NCBI GenBank assembly: GCA_019638285.1
Contig: JAHBUB010000006.1
Location: 44,219 to 108,218 of the forward strand
DNA: 64,000 nucleotides
Reading direction: 5' to 3'
Source of the DNA: Cyclobacteriaceae bacterium
GTDB taxonomy: Bacteria; Bacteroidota; Bacteroidia; Cytophagales; Cyclobacteriaceae
Below are positions 59,146-64,000 of this stretch, one piece after another; the stretch's first letter is position 1, and every line of letters begins with the position of its first letter. The position numbers were made by a program, and so were the translations under genes. Under the pieces are notes generated by a model that did no database searches, was not told the origin of the DNA, and saw nothing but the letters and a program-made list of their open reading frames with translations.

Positions 59146-61011
59146 TTATAAAAACCTGATTCCCACTTTGCCTCCCCACCACATTTCCATTTCATTGCCG
59201 TTGGAGAATGTATGGCGCTTAATAATGGTGGGTGTGAAGTCAGTAAAAAGCTGTGGGTTGTCACTGTAGGTGGGATCATATATGTATGCATTGAGCGTTG
59301 CCCCTGCCGTAATTGAAAATTTTCGAGCAACCTGAAAATCAAAACCGACATACAGCTTATTGAGCAAACTGATTGAATTAGTAAAACTTCCTTTATTAAC
59401 TTGATTTGCTGTTAGATCAAAATTTAAATACAACCAATTGGTAAGCTTCGGTGCAGTACCTACACCATAACCGAAAGACCAAACATTTTGATCGGCACTT
59501 ACTGGAACAGATAGATCATACGAACCATTAAGGGTTTCGGGTTTTAGTCCGGCCTCAAGTATGTTATAAAAATGTCTTACCCCTGTTCTAAAAGCTGCAT
59601 TGACATAAAATATTTCGTCCGCTGACAACTCAATTTTATGATATCCATTACTTACAAAACTTAGCAATCCAATAGGAATTCCCTTTATGCTATCCGCATA
59701 ATTAATCAACCCAATTTGAGCGCCTTTTATGTTATGAGCAAAATTAATTAGCCCGGCTACTTGGGTTCCATGCATTTGGTGAGTGGCTACATTCAAGAAT
59801 CCGGCAAATTGAGAACCCGTATAGTAACTCGGTTGCACATTAAACAAGCCTGCAAATTGTGCGCCTTTAGAAGGTCGTCCATTTACATTGAACAAGCCAG
59901 CAAATTGTGCACCTTGCACCGAATCCAAATTGGTGTTAAACAAGCCAGCAAATTGAGCTGCACTCACTTTTTTACGGGTGAGATTTCCAAGCCCAGCCAT
60001 TTGCATACCCTTTGTTGTTCCTCCAACCGTGTTAAACAAGCCAGCAAATTGCGCGTGCTGTACATTTCCCTTGTCAATATTAAACAACCCTCCCACCTCC
60101 AATTTGTTGGTACCCATTGAATAACCACCCAACGCGTTGAGTGAATAATCGTTAACTACGTTTCCACTCAGTTTTTGATTGGTGCCCATAAAGGGGAGAA
60201 ACGAAAATTGAAAATCCCTATGCAGGGTATCCCGAATGTTGTTCATGTTGGCATCGCCCTTTTTTCCAGAAAAAATGTTTTTTGAGAATACCTTTTCCTG
60301 AAGGAAGGTTCGGAATGATTTCTTTTCCGAAACTGGTTCTGATTGCACCACAGGCGGCTGAATATTTATTGGAACAGCTACAACTTGCAAAGTATCATCA
60401 GCAGGATGCACTTCAACTATTTCCACTTTTTCAGGACGCATTACCATATTGATGAATTGGGTATTAGAAGCGGTCAATGTTGCAAGCGTATCCATAAAAG
60501 TACGTCTGCTGAAATACAAGGTGCCCGCCTCACTTGGATTGTCAAGGGTAATTTTAAAAAAACCAAATTGATCCGTGATTACACCGGCAAGGGATTTCTT
60601 GTCGAACACACTCACTTCCGAAATTTTCTCACCGTTTTCATCCGTTACATACCCACTTACGGTAACGGTATTATTCACAACTTCCTTTTTAGTGAGTTCA
60701 GGCGTTTTGGTAAGAATAATATAGTTCCCCTTGCCTTTGGCGGTTATCGATTCTCCAAATAAACTATTGAGTATCTCCCGAACAGATTTTTTAGAAAATC
60801 CTTCCTTCACCACATGGCTGGTATTCAATATGGACGGGCTATAAGAAAATGTAAACTTACCTTCCCTGGAAAGTTGGCTCAACGCTACTTCAATGGGTAC
60901 ACTTTTAAAGGAAATAGTTAGCTCTCGCTCTAATGGCGGAATGGTTTGCCCCCAACTTGTAGAAATTGAGAACATGATTGCAAGAAAAAAGCTTGATAGA
61001 TATTTTCTCAT
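59146..61011 (-). CDS. STN + carboxypeptidase-regulatory-like + G-x-Q-h-A-G-h-h-N repeat protein with barrel-like C-terminus
   Basis: N-terminal STN-like AL.QLS.EG.FTFSYS, then VSGYVTDENGE.I..VSV, then 16-aa repeats. Ends WWGGKVGIRFL. Confidence 0.78.
   Translation of the reverse strand: MRKYLSSFFLAIMFSISTSWGQTIPPLERELTISFKSVPIEVALSQLSREGKFTFSYSPSILNTSHVVKEGFSKKSVREILNSLFGESITAKGKGNYIILTKTPELTKKEVVNNTVTVSGYVTDENGEKISEVSVFDKKSLAGVITDQFGFFKITLDNPSEAGTLYFSRRTFMDTLATLTASNTQFINMVMRPEKVEIVEVHPADDTLQVVAVPINIQPPVVQSEPVSEKKSFRTFLQEKVFSKNIFSGKKGDANMNNIRDTLHRDFQFSFLPFMGTNQKLSGNVVNDYSLNALGGYSMGTNKLEVGGLFNIDKGNVQHAQFAGLFNTVGGTTKGMQMAGLGNLTRKKVSAAQFAGLFNTNLDSVQGAQFAGLFNVNGRPSKGAQFAGLFNVQPSYYTGSQFAGFLNVATHQMHGTQVAGLINFAHNIKGAQIGLINYADSIKGIPIGLLSFVSNGYHKIELSADEIFYVNAAFRTGVRHFYNILEAGLKPETLNGSYDLSVPVSADQNVWSFGYGVGTAPKLTNWLYLNFDLTANQVNKGSFTNSISLLNKLYVGFDFQVARKFSITAGATLNAYIYDPTYSDNPQLFTDFTPTIIKRHTFSNGNEMEMWWGGKVGIRFL
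59843..60051 (-). repeat. In-frame 48-bp tandem coding repeat
   Basis: AACAAGCC(A/T)GCAAATTG at 59843, 59891, 59939 and 60035, with a degenerate copy at 59987. Confidence 0.9.
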
Positions 61012-61012
61012 A

Positions 61013-62008
61013 TCAATCTCCGCAACCAGTTCCGTTAAGAATGTATACCTCTCCCTCTTTGGTCAAGGTTAATTTTAATGTCTCAGCAATGATTTCAACA
61101 ATATCCTCAATCCTTTCATTTCTAAAAGTTACATTCAGCAGACAGGTTTTAATAGCGTCATTACCCAATCGTATTTTTGTATCATACACTGCATTGAGGT
61201 CGCCCACAATCGTTTCTAAATCAGCATTACGGAAACTAAATACGCCAGTTTTATAAGCCAGTTGGTTGGCATTCACCGTCTGAATTCTGGCAAAGGACTT
61301 ACTCTGTTTGTGATAAACTCCCGTTTCGCCAGCAACCAGATTCAGCCCAGCATTGTTGAGTGTATAAAAAGCTACTTCACCCGATTCAACATAAACTTCT
61401 ATGGTTGGGCTTTCTGGAAAAGCAAGGACGTTAAAGGTGGTACCAATGTCTTCAATGATCACGTCCCCTGTTCTTATAATAAAAGGTTCAGCTTCTGCAT
61501 GTTTAACCTCAAAAAAAGCTTCTCCTTCCAACTCAACCTTTCGTTGGCCTTTTCTTTTATTATAAGCGTACTTAATGGTGCTGCTTTTGTTTAGTACTGT
61601 CCTACTTCCATCAGGAAGGGTGTCTCTTACAATTTCGGTTTGTGAGGTCAGTGTAATTGTTTGATCAGGTGTGTTGAGTTGTTGATAAGTTATCCATCCC
61701 AAACCAATTGCTACCAGCAACACGGCAGCCACTTTCAATACCTTGAAGTATGGGGAAAAAGCAACTTGCTTTCTCGCTGGCTGATGCATTTTAGATTTAA
61801 CTTTTAGCCAAGCCGCGTCCACATCAAATGATTGGATTTCATTGACGCTTTTAGCCTTATCAAAAATTAATTTGAAATGATCATAATGAGCTTTGTTGGA
61901 ATCACTGATCGCGATCCATTCCTCTACCTGAGTACGCTCCACTGCCGAAGCTTCTCCGGAAAGGCACTTTCCAATTAAATCATCAATATGGTCAAACGTC
62001 TCTTTCAA
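61013..62008 (-). CDS. FecR family anti-sigma factor
   Basis: N-terminal helix, one TM, TLPDGS...LN.SS.I.Y, V.L.GEAFFEV, GTTFNV, C-terminal DUF4974-like F.NADL..IV..L...Y. Confidence 0.94.
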   Translation of the reverse strand: MKETFDHIDDLIGKCLSGEASAVERTQVEEWIAISDSNKAHYDHFKLIFDKAKSVNEIQSFDVDAAWLKVKSKMHQPARKQVAFSPYFKVLKVAAVLLVAIGLGWITYQQLNTPDQTITLTSQTEIVRDTLPDGSRTVLNKSSTIKYAYNKRKGQRKVELEGEAFFEVKHAEAEPFIIRTGDVIIEDIGTTFNVLAFPESPTIEVYVESGEVAFYTLNNAGLNLVAGETGVYHKQSKSFARIQTVNANQLAYKTGVFSFRNADLETIVGDLNAVYDTKIRLGNDAIKTCLLNVTFRNERIEDIVEIIAETLKLTLTKEGEVYILNGTGCGD

Positions 62009-62011
62009 TCG

Positions 62012-62590
62012 TTAACTAATAAAGCCATTCATTACAATAATAAGTATGGGTAAATACTCCTTTAATTGTTCGCGCATTATTTTTAATGCTTTTCCAATTT
62101 GGTTCTCCACCGTTTTAACAGAAATATTTAATTGTGCTGCTATCTCAGCATATTTCAACTCTTCGAATCGGCTCATCTTAAACACAAGGCGACATTGCTC
62201 TGGCAATTTTAATAAGGCATCCCCTATTCTTTGGTCCAGTTCAACAGAAATAACCGCCTGTGAAACCGATTCATAACTATTATCCAAAGTTGCAAGAGAT
62301 TCTTCGGCATGCTTCTTTTTAATTTTCGCATGCTTGATGGAATTGAGGCAACTGTTGCGAACAGCCCGATATAAATATGACTTCAGCGAAGTTTCGATAG
62401 TAATGCTCTCCTTTTTCTCCCAGACATTGATAAAAGTAGCCTGGACCATTTCTTCTGCTTCATCACGATCAAGTAAAAATGTATAGGCGTATTTGCACAG
62501 TGGGTCGTAGTGTGACTTAAAAATCATCTCAAAAGCGGTTTCGTCCCCTTCTTTAAGCGCCTTAAAACGGTCGATTTCCGCTAATTCCAC
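62012..62590 (-). CDS. ECF sigma-70 factor (Bacteroidota FecI-like)
   Basis: AFE.IF..HY..LC.YA, SLKSYLYRAVRN.CLN, LPEQCR.VF.MSRFE.LKY.EIA..LNISVKTVE.QI.KALK. Confidence 0.95.
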   Translation of the reverse strand: MELAEIDRFKALKEGDETAFEMIFKSHYDPLCKYAYTFLLDRDEAEEMVQATFINVWEKKESITIETSLKSYLYRAVRNSCLNSIKHAKIKKKHAEESLATLDNSYESVSQAVISVELDQRIGDALLKLPEQCRLVFKMSRFEELKYAEIAAQLNISVKTVENQIGKALKIMREQLKEYLPILIIVMNGFIS

Positions 62591-62640
62591 TGATTTCCAT
62601 TGGTTTTAGCACAATTTACGTTTTTGGGGCATTTTGGTTC

Positions 62641-62670
62641 TATGACAACCCAAAATGGTTATACCCCTAT
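62641..62670 (-). promoter_or_regulatory. Putative autoregulatory ECF promoter
   Basis: Minus strand ATAGGGGT-N12-GGTTGTCATA, 50 nt upstream of the sigma start. Confidence 0.75.
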
Positions 62671-62778
62671 CCCCTTTTCAATTTGTGCTTGAATACAAGG
62701 GTAATAAAAATCCGATGCCCAGAGTTGAGGTTATGTCCCCATCCTTTAGCCATCGGATTGAGTTATACTGAAGGGGGC

Positions 62779-63423
62779 TTATTTCACTGCACCTGTTTCA
62801 AACTGATAAATTTTTAGGAGGTCGTTATTTTCATTTACGGTAACTTCCAGGTCTTTGATCAAACCATTCCGGATGTCATACACCCAGCCATGGATAAAAG
62901 GGCTTTTGGATTCACTCCATGAGTTTTGTATGATAGAAGTCTTGCCCAAATTATAAACCTGCTCAATTATATTGAGTTCAATGAACCTACTTTCTCTCTT
63001 ACCTATATCGTGTATGTCATCCAATTCTTTCTGATGAAATCGATAAACGTCTTTGATGTGCCTGATCCAATTATCAATAAGTCCAAATTGTTGATTGCTC
63101 ATGGCCGCCTTTATCCCTCCACATCCATAATGACCGCACACAATCACATGTTGTACATTCAAAATACTTACCGCATAGTCCAATACACTCAGCATGTTCA
63201 TATCCGTATTCACTACCATGTTGGCAATATTGCGGTGAACAAAAACCTCACCGGGAGGGGCGCCAATTATTTCGTTAGCAGGCACTCTGCTATCCGCACA
63301 TCCTATCCACAACAAAGGTGGCTTTTGACCCTCTGCCAATTTGCTAAAGTATTTTGGGTCACTCGAAATCATTCTCTCCACCCACTCCCTATTATTCTGC
63401 AATAACTTATTATATAGTTCCAT
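62779..63423 (-). CDS. can: Beta-class carbonic anhydrase
   Basis: WIGCADSRVP, FVHRNIAN, VCGHYGCGG. Confidence 0.96.
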   Translation of the reverse strand: MELYNKLLQNNREWVERMISSDPKYFSKLAEGQKPPLLWIGCADSRVPANEIIGAPPGEVFVHRNIANMVVNTDMNMLSVLDYAVSILNVQHVIVCGHYGCGGIKAAMSNQQFGLIDNWIRHIKDVYRFHQKELDDIHDIGKRESRFIELNIIEQVYNLGKTSIIQNSWSESKSPFIHGWVYDIRNGLIKDLEVTVNENNDLLKIYQFETGAVK

Positions 63424-63428
63424 TAAGT

Positions 63429-64000
63429 TTAGTTTAGTTCGTTAGTTTGTTTTACTAATAATTCTTCTATGCCGTTTGCATCTTTCTTCTTAAGGTTCTC
63501 CGCTAACCATGCAGTTGCTTTTTCAAAATCTTCAAAACAGTGAGATACAGGTACGAGCTTCGGAATTATTCCTAATTTTTCGAATTGTTCTTTTACATTT
63601 TCACGCAGTCCACTGAACAACACCCACGTATTGTTTTTGTTTAGATCGCGGATAACATCCATCAGCGCATACATTCCTGATTGGTCTGCAAACGAAAGGT
63701 GCTTGAACCTAAAAACAACAGCCTTCATGTTTGGGCTCTTGCTAAACTGCTCTTGAAATTTTGAGGAAAATCCAAAGAAAAGTGGGCCGTGAAATTCCTG
63801 AATAAATACCTGATCGGCATGGTGAGATGTGTTTATTTCTTTTAACTCATCTTCACTATCAGGATGGTCGTTAGCTGGATCCATAGTACTGGCTTCATGG
63901 CCTTGTTCAGCTGATCGCTTCACAAAAAATAAGGTCGACAACACTAATCCAACCCCAACTGCCCACAACAAATCAACAAATACTGTCATCGCTACTACCA
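63429..64000 (-). CDS. SulP/SLC26 anion (bicarbonate) transporter, 3' part with STAS domain
   Basis: Frame is open to the window edge. VFVDL..AVGVG, GPLFFG, F..L.F.DQSG..AL. Directly upstream of the carbonic anhydrase. Confidence 0.9.
   Translation of the reverse strand, partial: VVAMTVFVDLLWAVGVGLVLSTLFFVKRSAEQGHEASTMDPANDHPDSEDELKEINTSHHADQVFIQEFHGPLFFGFSSKFQEQFSKSPNMKAVVFRFKHLSFADQSGMYALMDVIRDLNKNNTWVLFSGLRENVKEQFEKLGIIPKLVPVSHCFEDFEKATAWLAENLKKKDANGIEELLVKQTNELN

Noticed and set aside
59843-60051. Regularly spaced 17-bp repeats resembling a CRISPR array
   Set aside because: The period is exactly 48 bp and in frame inside a CDS, the repeats are too short, and there are no cas genes.
1-64000. 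Mobile elements, prophage, defence systems, tRNA/rRNA
   Set aside because: No transposase, integrase, phage, restriction or toxin motifs, and no tRNA/rRNA signatures found in ORFs or spacers.

Overview
AT-rich chromosomal window from a Bacteroidota genome, most likely Cytophagales. The evidence is the TAnnTTTG promoters, a T9SS cargo protein, ECF/FecR/TonB modules and Gln at +1 of secreted proteins. Housekeeping genes include rmlA (partial), rimP-nusA-infB, lemA, asd, dksA-like/scpB/rluB, polA, prmA, tpiA and coaX. nusA is split by a single missing A in an A4 run. Accessory modules are: an ECF sigma with mirrored divergent promoters driving a membrane protein and a MacB/FtsX permease; a modA-TOBE-modB-modC operon; DUF4142 + cupredoxin; a 1594-aa beta-rich secreted protein; DUF6702 + HupE/UreJ + three tandem secreted M1 aminopeptidases; an osmoprotectant-type ABC transporter; an atypical ECF-FecR-STN/repeat protein-TonB receptor signalling locus with two matching ECF promoters; and beta-carbonic anhydrase + SulP (partial). 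No rRNA, tRNA, CRISPR array, integrase or transposase was seen. The best candidates for undescribed systems are the DUF6702/HupE/M1x3 cluster, the non-canonical cell-surface signalling locus and the giant LptA-like repeat protein. Family names come from motif recognition by eye, not from database searches.
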